Source of the DNA: Myxococcales bacterium
GTDB taxonomy: Bacteria > Myxococcota_A > Polyangia > Polyangiales > DASUME01
Direction: 5' to 3'
NCBI GenBank assembly: GCA_047601445.1
Contig: JASGJH010000001.1
Coordinates: 4,000,001-4,064,000 of the forward strand
Length of the DNA: 64,000 nt
Shown: piece after piece, positions 37,702-50,329 of the stretch
Layout: every line of letters begins with the position of its first letter
How positions within the stretch are numbered: position 1 is the stretch's first letter
The notes under the pieces: model-generated
Seen by the model: only the letters and a program-made list of their open reading frames with translations
Databases searched by the model: none
Told to the model about the DNA's origin: nothing
Program-made: the position numbers and the translations under genes

Positions 37702-40347
37702 ATGGATCGGCCAGGAATCGGACGTTGCGTCGTCGTAGTCGTGGTCTCGTTGCTGATGAACGGCTGTGGGCAGGCCCGGCAGGACCACGTGGACACGGAT
37801 CCGGAATCGTCGCGAGCCCCGGAAGGCAAGCTGGGCAAGTCGACGCCTTCGGTGGCCGAACGGCCCTCTCGAGGTCCTGTCATCCCGCCCGCTACTTCCG
37901 TGGAAGGCGAGTTGAGGAGTCTGCGTCCCGAACCAAGCAGGGCATCGAGGGCGAGTCCGGTCCCGGAGATCGACGACTGGACAACGCCACCCCCCGAAGG
38001 GGCCGCGCCAAGCACGGCATCGCGAGCGAGTCCGGCTCCGGACGTTGACGACGCGAGAACACCAATCCCCGAGGCTGCTGCGCCGAAGTCTTCGAGAAGA
38101 TTGCATACGCGGCGCAGGGGCCCTGACTCGGGAAGCGCCGCGTCTCCGCAGGTTGCGGCCACCGAATCCAGCGCCCCGGAGGATTCTTCAGGTCGCGGTC
38201 GGGTCTACCGTTCGGCTGAAAGCCTCGACCCCTGGGACAGCCCGGGTCGCAGCCACCGCTCCGGCGGCATCGACGTGGATGACTTCGGGCCCGACGAGGG
38301 TTCGGCCGTGGGAGTCGTCGGCGAGGCCCTGCGCGAACCCGCCCCAACATCGGCGCTTCCTCATCTCGAGCCGACGCGGCCAAGGGCGACGCTCCCGGAA
38401 AGCGATGCCCGTGCGGCCGCCCGCGTTTCGCTCTCGCGTGCGCTGGAAACAGAAGCGCGCGGGCCCGGTCGCGAATCGGGCCGATCCTACGAGCCCGCAG
38501 CGGAGGTCGCCCATTCTCCCGCGAGCGCGATCCGAAGCGAGGAGCCGCGCGTAGCCGCCCCTCGTCCAGCGCTCGTGGCTCCAACTGCTTCTGGACTCTC
38601 CCCCGCGACACTCGCAGAAGCGGTGGCCCCGCCTGCCATGGTCGGAGTGTCTCCGGTGGGCCCTGTGCGCCCAGCCTTCTGGAATGCTTGGTGGAGTCCT
38701 GCCGATGAAGACGATGGAGACCCGTTGAGCTGCGTCGATGCCAACACGCGGGTGCAACTGAACCTCAACCTGGCGTCGCACTTTCGCTCGAAAGTCTCAC
38801 CCGGTCGGGCCGCCGGTGGAAAGCTGCAGACTGCGCTGGAAGAAGCGGCCGCACGCGGAAGCCGGCGCGTTCGCCTGCAGGTCGTGCCCATCTCGAACGA
38901 GCGTTACCTGCGCGTGCTGGACGATACTCGGACCATGACGATCGACCTGGATTCGATGCGAGAGAGCGCGGGCCCACTGGGCGGCGCCTACACCGAGTTC
39001 AGCCGAGTCACCTTTCGGACCGACGTGATCGCGGCGGGCAAGACCGAGGTGGGCTTCTCCATTTGGCACGACGGCAAGCCTATCGACGAGGTTCACGCCT
39101 ACGTGACGGTGCGAAAGAAGACCACGGAGACCTGTCCGCCCATCGCACTCGACCAACGTGCGCACACGCTCGATGAACTGGCCAGCGCCGGCGCAGCCCG
39201 GGCCTCCATCCATTTGGTACAGCTCGACGATCAAAGCTCGATGGGCGTATTCCGCCAAGCGGACTGGCCGACCACCAAGTTCATCACGTGGCAACTCCAG
39301 GACAACGTCTCGTTCGCCAAGTACGTCGAAGGCACCATCGCCGATGCCCTGAGCAGTGCCCTCAAGCAGGAGGGCGAAGCCGAGCTCAAAAGCGTCGGCG
39401 AAGACCTCAAGCTGGCGCTCTTTGGCAGCAACCAGGAGATCCGCGACGCCTTCGAGGCGCTCGTCGCCGCGCAGGGCGCGTCAAAAAAAGCGGAAGTCCT
39501 CTACGTACGTTCGGTGTTGAAGCACGAAGGGCCCGATTGGCTCCCGCTTGGCTTCATTCCAGTCGACAATGAAGCAGCCTTCCTCGGATTCTTGTTCCGA
39601 ATCGAGATGCCGCTTCGGGGGCAGTCGAATGAGCTGCCTGCCAGCTGCCTCTCGCGCTGGGTCTTGGCGTACCCCAGCACCGACGGCGACGGTGCTTCCT
39701 CCAAGGCCTGGGATGTCATCAAGGAGGTTGTCCCCTGGAAAGGGTTGGCCTCGACCTTCTCGAACGTGGGCGCCGTGCGTGACTGGCTGCGCGACAACAA
39801 GGCGGAGCCCGAGAACGTCGTGGTCACCCTGCTCGGACACCACAAGCCTGGCATGTTCTCCTATCGAGACGACGGCAGCCGTTTCGTACTTGCGTCCAGC
39901 GTTCAGCGCGAACTCGGCCCCTCTTCGGTCGTCATCTTGAACGGCTGCAGCACGGGCACTGTGCGAAGTGATTTCGTCACTCGCTTCGCGAGCCATGGCG
40001 CGTCCGCGGCTATCGTGACCGCCAACGAAGTGTCGCCCCACCTCGCGGGCACGTTCTTGCGGTGCCTCGCCGAGGCCACCGCCGCACAGCCAGGTGCGAC
40101 CCTCCTCAATTTGCAGTTCGCTGCGGCCTCCTGCGTTAGCAAGGCCGACATTCCCTTCGCCGGCCGCAAGTATGGCGCGCGAGCGCTGACCTTCTCGTTG
40201 CTCGGCAATGGCTCGATTCCTCTTTGTCTACCCGAGGCTCCCCGTGAAACGCACTCTTCTGTTGGCTCTGACACTCTGGCTCCCTCTCCTGTCTTCCAAG
40301 ATTCGAGCGCAGGACCCACCTCCAGCGCGGCCGATCATCGCCATTAG
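37702..40347 (+). CDS. Putative lipoprotein with long Pro/Ala/Ser-rich linker, beta-sandwich region and C-terminal CHAT (caspase-like) domain
   Basis: VVVVVVSLLMNGC lipobox-like; DWLPLG; VVTLLGHH (His) and SSVVILNGCSTG (Cys); FASHGASAAIVT..V; FSLLGN. Confidence 0.7.
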   Translation: MDRPGIGRCVVVVVVSLLMNGCGQARQDHVDTDPESSRAPEGKLGKSTPSVAERPSRGPVIPPATSVEGELRSLRPEPSRASRASPVPEIDDWTTPPPEGAAPSTASRASPAPDVDDARTPIPEAAAPKSSRRLHTRRRGPDSGSAASPQVAATESSAPEDSSGRGRVYRSAESLDPWDSPGRSHRSGGIDVDDFGPDEGSAVGVVGEALREPAPTSALPHLEPTRPRATLPESDARAAARVSLSRALETEARGPGRESGRSYEPAAEVAHSPASAIRSEEPRVAAPRPALVAPTASGLSPATLAEAVAPPAMVGVSPVGPVRPAFWNAWWSPADEDDGDPLSCVDANTRVQLNLNLASHFRSKVSPGRAAGGKLQTALEEAAARGSRRVRLQVVPISNERYLRVLDDTRTMTIDLDSMRESAGPLGGAYTEFSRVTFRTDVIAAGKTEVGFSIWHDGKPIDEVHAYVTVRKKTTETCPPIALDQRAHTLDELASAGAARASIHLVQLDDQSSMGVFRQADWPTTKFITWQLQDNVSFAKYVEGTIADALSSALKQEGEAELKSVGEDLKLALFGSNQEIRDAFEALVAAQGASKKAEVLYVRSVLKHEGPDWLPLGFIPVDNEAAFLGFLFRIEMPLRGQSNELPASCLSRWVLAYPSTDGDGASSKAWDVIKEVVPWKGLASTFSNVGAVRDWLRDNKAEPENVVVTLLGHHKPGMFSYRDDGSRFVLASSVQRELGPSSVVILNGCSTGTVRSDFVTRFASHGASAAIVTANEVSPHLAGTFLRCLAEATAAQPGATLLNLQFAAASCVSKADIPFAGRKYGARALTFSLLGNGSIPLCLPEAPRETHSSVGSDTLAPSPVFQDSSAGPTSSAADHRH
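37942..38088. repeat. 75-bp imperfect tandem duplication (25-aa repeat) in the CHAT protein linker
   Basis: ASRASPVPEIDDWTTPPPEGAAP / ASRASPAPDVDDARTPIPEAAAP starting at 37942 and 38017. Confidence 0.8.
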
Positions 40348-41707
40348 CGATACTCACTTCGGGGTCGGCAAGCGCGGCAGCAAGTGGCTGCCCTACGAGG
40401 ACTTCCGTTGGAACGCCGACCTGGTTGCGTTCCTCGGCTACTTGACCAAGCGCTATCCTGGAGGCGCACAGGTCCTCCTCAACGGCGACACCTTCGAGCT
40501 CTGGCAGTTCGACAGTAGCCTCGCACCCGAGGGCGACTGCCCGGCGCTCCCCAATGCTCGACTCGGCTGCACCGAGGCCCAGGCTCTCGCCCGCTTGACG
40601 TATATTCTCAAGCAGCACGCGGACGACCTCAAGGCGCTGAACGACTTCGCGACAGCTCCCAACAACAGCGTCACGATCATCCCCGGCAACCATGATGGCG
40701 CGCTGCTTTTCCCGTCACTACGCGCAGCCGTGATGGCTGCCTATCCGAAGCTGCTGGTCTCGGACAAGGGACACTGGCTCAGCTCGGATGGTCGCGTCCT
40801 GGTGGAACACGGACACCAGATCGGAGCCGACGTCAATGCGTTCGCCAAATGGCCGCAGCCGTTCATCGAGCTCGACTCGAAGAAGTATCTGGAGCGCACT
40901 GGCGGCGAGCTGTTCGTGAACAGCTTCTACAACCCCATCGAGAAAGACTACCCGACCATCGACAACATCACCGACGAAGGCGCGGCCGTCTCGTACGCAC
41001 GTGAGCGTGTCGGTGCGCACGGCATGTTCGACGCCGTCGGCCAGTTCCTGCGCACACTCTTCATCGACGCAGCCTGGCCACAGACCGCGCGCTGGATGAG
41101 CATCGCCCCGGGCGGTCCCAAGTGGGACCTCGACGAGACCCGCAAGGGCGGCGACGAGCTGCTGCGCAATCTGATCCCCGGTCGTCCTTCGCCCGATCTC
41201 CTCGAAGCCTCCGGCTTGACCATGGCCGGGCTGACCGCACCGGAACTCACCAACCTCTGCGACCGCGCGGAGGCCTATCGCGCGGCGGTCGCCGACTCCG
41301 TCGCGGCCTGCGTGCCGCCGATGGGACAAGCGCTGGAAAAGCTCAAGAACAAGTACGCGGTGCTGGTCAAGCACCTGCAGCAACGTGCGCAAGAATACCC
41401 GGGGTTCATGACGTTCGTGTACAGCCACACGCACGCCGCGGAGGCCGAGTTCAAGCCAGTCGATGCGGAGTGGAACCCGTCCGTGATCAACACGGGCGCC
41501 TTTCAGCGGGTGATTTCACCCGAAGAGATCGAGGCGCGCATCAAGAGCGGGGCGCTCAAGCGAGCCGACGTGATCACGCTGAAGCACGACCAATTGCCCC
41601 GTTGCTACACGTTCGTGGAGATCGCCAGCACGAAGGACTCCCCGAAACTTTCGCGCTTCAACTACGTGACGGACAAGTGGGTGGCCGAACAAGGGGCTTG
41701 CAAGTAG
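40244..41707 (+). CDS. Secreted calcineurin-like metallophosphoesterase
   Basis: Signal peptide VKRTLLLALTLWLPLLSSKIRAQ; SDTHFG, NGDTFE, GNHD, EHGH, SHTH motifs; GAGG RBS before GTG 40244 (alternative ATG 40208). Confidence 0.85.
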   Translation: MKRTLLLALTLWLPLLSSKIRAQDPPPARPIIAISDTHFGVGKRGSKWLPYEDFRWNADLVAFLGYLTKRYPGGAQVLLNGDTFELWQFDSSLAPEGDCPALPNARLGCTEAQALARLTYILKQHADDLKALNDFATAPNNSVTIIPGNHDGALLFPSLRAAVMAAYPKLLVSDKGHWLSSDGRVLVEHGHQIGADVNAFAKWPQPFIELDSKKYLERTGGELFVNSFYNPIEKDYPTIDNITDEGAAVSYARERVGAHGMFDAVGQFLRTLFIDAAWPQTARWMSIAPGGPKWDLDETRKGGDELLRNLIPGRPSPDLLEASGLTMAGLTAPELTNLCDRAEAYRAAVADSVAACVPPMGQALEKLKNKYAVLVKHLQQRAQEYPGFMTFVYSHTHAAEAEFKPVDAEWNPSVINTGAFQRVISPEEIEARIKSGALKRADVITLKHDQLPRCYTFVEIASTKDSPKLSRFNYVTDKWVAEQGACK

Positions 41708-41764
41708 GACGACGAGTTTCGCGCGCGCCGAGTGCTTGCGGCTGCGGGGTCCAACTTCGAGCCC

Positions 41765-42334
41765 CTACCCGCCCCGCTTGATGGCGGCCACCAACCACTG
41801 CAAGAGCGCGCGCCGATCCTTGGCCGACGTGGGATGCGCCAAGAGCCCCTCGGCCACGAACATCACCACGCGCGACGCGTGGCCGAGGTCTTCTTTGGGC
41901 ACGCCCTCCGCCTGCAGCCAGGCCAGCAGTGCGGACTCGAGCGTGCGGTGAAAACGCGTGTGCCAGCTGCCCACGGCCTCGGATACCGAGGCGCGCGCGT
42001 GGACGCTGGCGATGAGGCCGCGGGAGCTGTCGAACAGGCTCAGGAGCCACGTGACCTGAGTGTCGAGCGTGCCGCGCCCCCGCTGCTGGAACTCGCGCGC
42101 CGCGTGGTTCACCAGCGAGTCGAGCACGGCCACCAGCAACGCATCTTTGTCGGCGAAGTACCAGTAGATGGTGTTGGGGGCGACACTCGCCTCCTCTGCA
42201 ATGCGGCTGATGGAGGTGAGCTCGTAGCCGGTCTCCAGGAACAGCCGCCGTGCCGCGCCCAGGATCTCCTCGCGCTTCTCCTCCCTGTCGAGCTCGGCCT
42301 TGTTCTTCGCCACGGGCTGCCTCTTGATTGTCAT
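41765..42334 (-). CDS. TetR/AcrR family transcriptional regulator
   Basis: ILGAARRLFLETGYELTSISRIAEEASVAPNTIYWYFADKD. Confidence 0.93.
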   Translation of the reverse strand: MTIKRQPVAKNKAELDREEKREEILGAARRLFLETGYELTSISRIAEEASVAPNTIYWYFADKDALLVAVLDSLVNHAAREFQQRGRGTLDTQVTWLLSLFDSSRGLIASVHARASVSEAVGSWHTRFHRTLESALLAWLQAEGVPKEDLGHASRVVMFVAEGLLAHPTSAKDRRALLQWLVAAIKRGG

Positions 42335-42372
42335 TCAAGCACATTTTTGGCCACATAACACTCTTGAATGAC
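42330..42372. promoter_or_regulatory. Inverted repeat (candidate TetR operator) in divergent promoter
   Basis: GTCATTCAAG (42330-42339) and CTTGAATGAC (42363-42372) are perfect reverse complements; overlaps the TetR start. Confidence 0.6.
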
Positions 42373-42453
42373 GCTCAAGACGGACGTATGACGTGGGCAG
42401 ACCCCACCGGGCTGGCCGCCGCGCCCCGCCCCGGTAGGCGAAAGGGAACGTTC

Positions 42454-43326
42454 ATGAGTGCCAAACCGACCGTGCTGATCACCGGGGCCTCCACGGGCAT
42501 CGGCTATGCCTGCGCCATCGACCTCGACAGGCTCGGGTTCTCCGTCTTCGCGGGCGTGCGCAAGCCAGAGGACGGCGAGCGCCTGCGCCAGGCGAGCGCG
42601 GGACGCATCGAGCCCCTGCTGCTCGACGTGGCCGACTATGCGAGCGTGCGGCGCGCCGCCGACGATCTGGCGCAGCGTCTGGGGGAGCGCGGACTGGACG
42701 GTCTCGTGAACAACGCAGGCATCTCGGTGTCGGGGCCGCTCGAGTGCCTTCCCATGGAAGACTTCGACCGCCAGCTGAGGGTCAACGTGTCGGGCCAGGT
42801 CGCCGTGACCCAGGCCTGCCTGCCGCTGCTGCGCCGCGCGCGCGGGCGCATCGTGTTCATGAGCTCCGAGAGCGGGCGCGTGGTGATGCCGCTGCTCGGG
42901 GCCTACGCCGCCTCCAAGCACGCACTCGAGGCCGTCGCCGATGCCTTCCGTCGCGAGCTCGCGCACACGGGCGTGCGCGTGGCCATCATCGAACCGGGTA
43001 GCATCAAGACGCCGATCTGGGAGAAGGCCACCTCCGCCGCGCACGACCTGCGCAGCTCCGTGCCGCGCGCCAACGAGCTCTACGGCAAGCAGCTCGCGTT
43101 CGTCGAAGTCATGGCCAAGCAGGCCGCTCGCTTCGCGGCCGAGCCCGAGGTGGTCACGCGCGCGGTGCACCACGCGCTCTCGTCGCGCTTCCCCAGGCTG
43201 CGTTACCTGGTCGGTCCCGAGGCGCGGGCACTGGTGCTCGTGCATGCGCTATCGCCCGCGCGTGCCTTCGACTGGGGCGTCCGCCAATCCTTGCGGGTGA
43301 TGAGCAAGCTCCCCGTCCAGGGCTGA
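42454..43326 (+). CDS. SDR family oxidoreductase (17-beta-HSD/retinol dehydrogenase-like)
   Basis: ITGASTGIG, LVNNAG, YAASK, IEPGSIKTPIW. Confidence 0.93.
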   Translation: MSAKPTVLITGASTGIGYACAIDLDRLGFSVFAGVRKPEDGERLRQASAGRIEPLLLDVADYASVRRAADDLAQRLGERGLDGLVNNAGISVSGPLECLPMEDFDRQLRVNVSGQVAVTQACLPLLRRARGRIVFMSSESGRVVMPLLGAYAASKHALEAVADAFRRELAHTGVRVAIIEPGSIKTPIWEKATSAAHDLRSSVPRANELYGKQLAFVEVMAKQAARFAAEPEVVTRAVHHALSSRFPRLRYLVGPEARALVLVHALSPARAFDWGVRQSLRVMSKLPVQG

Positions 43327-43340
43327 TTAGGAGGATTCCC

Positions 43341-44279
43341 ATGAAACACGTCGTCTCCCGCGTCGCAGGCAAAGTCGGCATCATCGAGCTTCACAACCCG
43401 CCTCATCAGTTCATGACCACGCGCATGGTGCGCGAGCTCGACGAGCTCACGGAGCGTTGGGAACAGGACGAGCGCGTGCGGGCCATCGTCATCACGGGCG
43501 CCCCCGGGGACGTGTTCATCACCCACTTCAGCGTGGACGAGCTCTCGCGCAGCGCCGCCATGGCGCCGGAGAAGGAGCTGCCCGCGCCCTTGAAGCGCGC
43601 GGTCACCGGCGTGTTCTCGGGCATCGACGTGGCCCAGCGTTGGCTCGAGGGGGTGCCCGCGCTACGCAAGGTCCTCGAATCGCGCGCGCCCGGGGCCCTG
43701 CGTCCGCTGTTCTCGCTGAGCACCATCCACCGGGTGTTCGCGCGCCTCGAGCGCATGAACAAGGTGGTCATCTGCGCGATCAACGGCACCACCATGGGCG
43801 GCGGCTGCGAGCTCACCTTGGCCTGTGACTACCGCCTCATGGCCGAGGGCGACTACGTGATCGGCCTGGTGGAGGTGTTGGGGGGAATCATCCCTGGTGC
43901 CGGCGGCACCCAGCGACTCGCCGCCACCGTGGGCCGCGCCAAGGCCCTCGAGATGATGCTCGACGGCGCGGTGCTTTCGCCGCGAGAAGCGGAGCGCGCC
44001 GGCCTGATCACGCGCGCCGTCCCCAAAGAGAAGCTACTCGACGAAGCCCTCGCACTGGCGGCTCGCATGGCCACGCGCTCCCCAATGGCCGTGGGCGGTG
44101 CCAAGCGCGCGGCACGCGTGGGCGCCAGCCTCCCGCTCGACGACGGCCTAGCGTTCGAGCGACTCGCGTTCGTGGCATGCGGTCTGCATCCCGACGCCAA
44201 GCGCCATGGCCTCGCCTACCTGAGCGGATTTCGCGCAGGCAAGAGCGCGCGCGAGATCTTCGACGAGCTGCGCAAAGCG

Positions 44280-44288
<9 letters not shown>
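43341..44288 (+). CDS. Enoyl-CoA hydratase/isomerase family protein
   Basis: AINGTTMGGGCELTLACDYR, GLVEVLGGIIPGAGGTQRL; AGGAGG RBS. Confidence 0.92.
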
Positions 44289-46583
<2,295 letters not shown>

Positions 46584-46768
46584 GCGATTCCCGACGTCTG
46601 CCGGGATCCAGCGCGCGCGGTGAGAGCCCTGCCAGGTTGTGCCATCCCTTTCCGGCCTGCGGGGAGGGATGACGATAGCTGGCGCACCGCGCATGCCCCC
46701 ATGTCGGCTAAACGGGCGCAAGTTCGAGTCTTTGCTGGTTGGCTCACAACTTGCTGTTGGGCTACGGC

Positions 46769-49700
46769 ATGAGCTTGCGAACGCGCCTTGGTGTCAGTGC
46801 CCTGTGGTTGTGTTGTGTGCTTGGTCTCGCCGCCTGCGGTGACGAGAACGGAGACAAAGCCAGGGGGGGACCGCCGGACGATCCGGATGGTCCGCCGACA
46901 GAACCGGGGGACCACGAGACCGACTTCATCTCCGACGTGCCTTCGCAGAGCACGGGAGCCGGAGCGCTCGCTCCGGAGGCGAACGGGGACGCCAGTAGTG
47001 GGGACGGGGACAGCGCCAGCGAGAGCGGCGGAGAAGCCGACCGAGCCATCGCGGAAGCCGACATCATCCAAGTGGACGGCGACCGTCTGTACGCACTCTC
47101 GCGCTACACGGGCATGCACGTGATCGACGTCTCGAACCCGGCGCAGCTCCAGGTGCTGGGTCGCTGGCGCGTGAAAGCGGAGCCTTTCGAGATGTACCTC
47201 AAGGGCAACGTCGCATACGTGATGTTCAACGCCTTCGGCCGCTACGAGGTCGATAGCGCCACGGGACAATACGTGTGGCGTGAGTCGAGCCGCATGCAGG
47301 CACTGGACGTGTCCAACCCGGGCAAGATCTCCCTGATCGGCAGCTACGACCTGGGGGGCAACATCTCGGATTCGCGCATGGTGGGCAACGTGATCTACAC
47401 GGTGACCTACGAGTACGGCTACTGCTGGGCCTGCGACCCCGTGCCGAACACGCGCGTGGCCAGCTTCGACGTCAAGGACCCGACCAAGTTCACGCTGGTG
47501 GACCAGCTGCGCTTCAGCGACGGCAACGGCTACAGCTGGGGGCCGCGCAGCGTGAGCGTGAGCCAGACGCACATGTTCGTGGCCGGACCGCACTGGGACG
47601 ACAAGGACGGCACGATTCAGGTGGTGGACATCGCCGACCCGGCGGGCGATTTGAAGCTCGGCGCCGAAGTGACGATCCACGGCAGCATCGACAGCCGCTG
47701 GCAGATGGACGAGTACGAGGGCGTGCTACGCGTGGTCAGTCAGCCGCGCAGCTGGCAATCGAGCGACAGCCCGCACCTATCGACCTTCCGCATCGACGAT
47801 GCCGACCACCTGGTGAAGCTCGCCGAGCTCGGCATGGTGTTGCCGCGCCTCGAGACGCTGCAATCGGCTCGCTTCGACGGCGACCGCGCCTTCGTGGTGA
47901 CCTTCGAGCGCACCGACCCGTTGTTCACCTTCGACGTCAGCGACCCAGCGGCACCCAAGCAGGTGGGCGCGCTCGAGATCCCCGGCTTCCTCTACCACAT
48001 GGAGCCGCGCGGCGACCTCCTGTACGCCCTCGGCTTCGACCAGGGGAACGAGGCCGGGGCCATGCACGTGTCGATCTTCGACGTGAGCAACCTGGCGGCT
48101 CCCCAGATGAAGTCGCGCGTGAACTTCGGCGGTGACTGGGCCTACCTCGCCGAGGACCAAGACCGCGTGCACAAGCTGTTCAACTTGGCGCTGGACCAAA
48201 ACCTGATCATGGTTCCCTTCGGCGGTGGCAGCTACGACGAGCTCAGCTGCAACTACGAGTACTTGAGCGGGATCCAGCTGATCGACGCCATGGGCTCGCA
48301 GCTCACCTTGCGCGGCATGGCGCCCCAGCTCGGCCAGGCCCGCCGCGCCCTGCTCCACCGCGACCACTTGTTCGGTGTGACGGACAACGCGGTACAGGTC
48401 TTCGATATCAGCGACCGCTCGACGCCGCGTCGCATCGAGCAGCTCGAGGTCGCCCGCAACATCGAGTACGTGAAGGTGGTGGGTGAGAACGTCATGCGCT
48501 TCGGTCGCGATTGGTGGACCGACCGCGCGGTGCTCGACATCGCCGCGCCCGATGCCGTGGAAGCGGCCGAGGGCCTCGGCGAGCTCGACCTATCGGGCGG
48601 CGGCACGAACGACAACGACGGGACCTGCCAGCAATACGGCTGGTCGGGCTGGGATGGCCGTGTGTTCGTGCACGGCGACTACGCCTACATTCCGCGTTCC
48701 CGCTACAAGTACGAGTCCAACGGCACCAACGAGCAGACCATCCGCTTTTACGTGGTGGCGCTCAAGGATCCGACGGCGCTCAAGGTGGTGGGCACGTTCG
48801 ATGTCGCTCCGGCGACCAACAACGAGTGGCTCGGTGAAGTCCTGCTCACCGACAGCGCGCTGCTGGTGGGCCGCGGTGCGGGCTACTACTCCTACTGGGA
48901 CCAGGGCACCGACAAGGTCCGCTATAGTTACGACATCTTCACGCTCGAGAACCCGAGCGCACCCGCCTTCGTGAAGCGCTTCGACGTGCCCTCGACGATG
49001 GCCGGTGGAGGCTGGGGCTACGGCATGGGCGCCTGCGGCGTCGACATGTACTGGGGCTACTGGTACGGCGGCACCTCGGCCCTGGTCTCGGGCAATCTCG
49101 TGGTCAGTCAGCACGAGAGCGATGTCGACGACGGGACCCAGCGCGTGCGCTACTACCTCGATCGACTCGACGTGAGCGACCCGCGCAACCCCGTGCTCTT
49201 GCCTCCGGTAAACATCCCTGGACAGGTCGTGCACTACGATGGCGCGAGCCAGCGGGCCGTGACGGTGAGCTATGTGCATCACGAGGAGCGGGCCGCGAAC
49301 TGGCAAGATTGCACCTGGCGCGCCTATGGCGCTTGGTACGAGGACGAAAGCGACGCCTGTCACCTTTACGAGCGTCAGGTCAACGTGCTTGCCGTAGACG
49401 ACGACAAGGCGACCCGCATCAGCCAACTCAAGCTCGACGGCGAACGCATCGCCACGAGCCTCGGTGTCAGCAACGAGCGCTTCTTCTATCTGAGCAGCGA
49501 GCGCAAACCCTACGACTACAACAACCCGACCGCCGCTTCCCAGCGCCTCGAAACCCTCGCCTTCGCTGCAGGCGGACAGATCCAGCGCTTGCCGAGCCTC
49601 GAGCTCGAGGACTCGCTCGGGTACTACTGGTACGGCAGCGACCTCAAGGTGCGCGGCACCCGCGCGTTCGTGCCGGGCAACGGCACACTCCAGGTGGCCC

Positions 49701-49840
49701 AGACGAGCGACAAGCTCCACCCCGCGCTCAGCTCGCACGAGGTACAAGCCTGGGGCTGCAGCTACCTCGAGATCGGCACGGACCGCGCCTACTGCGCCTC
49801 GAACGAATACGGCGTCACGGGCATCCCGCTTCAGCAGTGA
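46769..49840 (+). CDS. Large lipoprotein with secreted beta-propeller domain (Beta_propel/LVIVD-like)
   Basis: LAAC lipobox; EADIIQVDG, MDEYEGVLRV, SARFDGDRAFVVTFERTDPLF, LEIPGF. Confidence 0.88.
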   Translation: MSLRTRLGVSALWLCCVLGLAACGDENGDKARGGPPDDPDGPPTEPGDHETDFISDVPSQSTGAGALAPEANGDASSGDGDSASESGGEADRAIAEADIIQVDGDRLYALSRYTGMHVIDVSNPAQLQVLGRWRVKAEPFEMYLKGNVAYVMFNAFGRYEVDSATGQYVWRESSRMQALDVSNPGKISLIGSYDLGGNISDSRMVGNVIYTVTYEYGYCWACDPVPNTRVASFDVKDPTKFTLVDQLRFSDGNGYSWGPRSVSVSQTHMFVAGPHWDDKDGTIQVVDIADPAGDLKLGAEVTIHGSIDSRWQMDEYEGVLRVVSQPRSWQSSDSPHLSTFRIDDADHLVKLAELGMVLPRLETLQSARFDGDRAFVVTFERTDPLFTFDVSDPAAPKQVGALEIPGFLYHMEPRGDLLYALGFDQGNEAGAMHVSIFDVSNLAAPQMKSRVNFGGDWAYLAEDQDRVHKLFNLALDQNLIMVPFGGGSYDELSCNYEYLSGIQLIDAMGSQLTLRGMAPQLGQARRALLHRDHLFGVTDNAVQVFDISDRSTPRRIEQLEVARNIEYVKVVGENVMRFGRDWWTDRAVLDIAAPDAVEAAEGLGELDLSGGGTNDNDGTCQQYGWSGWDGRVFVHGDYAYIPRSRYKYESNGTNEQTIRFYVVALKDPTALKVVGTFDVAPATNNEWLGEVLLTDSALLVGRGAGYYSYWDQGTDKVRYSYDIFTLENPSAPAFVKRFDVPSTMAGGGWGYGMGACGVDMYWGYWYGGTSALVSGNLVVSQHESDVDDGTQRVRYYLDRLDVSDPRNPVLLPPVNIPGQVVHYDGASQRAVTVSYVHHEERAANWQDCTWRAYGAWYEDESDACHLYERQVNVLAVDDDKATRISQLKLDGERIATSLGVSNERFFYLSSERKPYDYNNPTAASQRLETLAFAAGGQIQRLPSLELEDSLGYYWYGSDLKVRGTRAFVPGNGTLQVAQTSDKLHPALSSHEVQAWGCSYLEIGTDRAYCASNEYGVTGIPLQQ

Positions 49841-49941
49841 GCAGCCAGCGCGCGGCATGTCAGCCAGCGCACGCTCCTGCTCACCGCACTTGCACCCGCG
49901 CGCGCTCGCACCCATGCTCGACTCGCTTCGGAGGAGATGGG

Positions 49942-50313
49942 ATGCGGCCGCGCGAATTTTTGAACGCCCTGGAGAACCCGCAGGCGCCCAAGTGCACCGC
50001 CAGCGGGGAGCAGGCCGAGATGCTGCGCACCTTGCTGGTGCACCTGTTCTTCATCGACCGCGACCTCGATCAGGGAGAGCTCTCCATGCTCGGCCGGGTG
50101 CTGCCCGAGGTCAACCTGCGCGAGTACATCCAGGGCGCGGCCGCGCGACGACTGGACCTCGACCGACTGGCCGCGCTGTTCCCGGATTCCGGCGATCGCG
50201 ACGACATCATTACGCTCGCCGAGCACGCCGTCTGGGGCGACAACCACGTCGAGCGCGGCGAGTGGGAGCTGGTCGAGCGTCTGATGGAGAGGCTGGGCGT
50301 AGTGCGCGACTAG
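49942..50313 (+). CDS. TerB-like protein
   Basis: LLVHLFFIDRDLDQGE..AVWGDNHVERGEWELVERLMERLG; GGAGGAG RBS. Confidence 0.7.
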   Translation: MRPREFLNALENPQAPKCTASGEQAEMLRTLLVHLFFIDRDLDQGELSMLGRVLPEVNLREYIQGAAARRLDLDRLAALFPDSGDRDDIITLAEHAVWGDNHVERGEWELVERLMERLGVVRD

Positions 50314-50329
50314 CAGCGCGCGAAGACCG

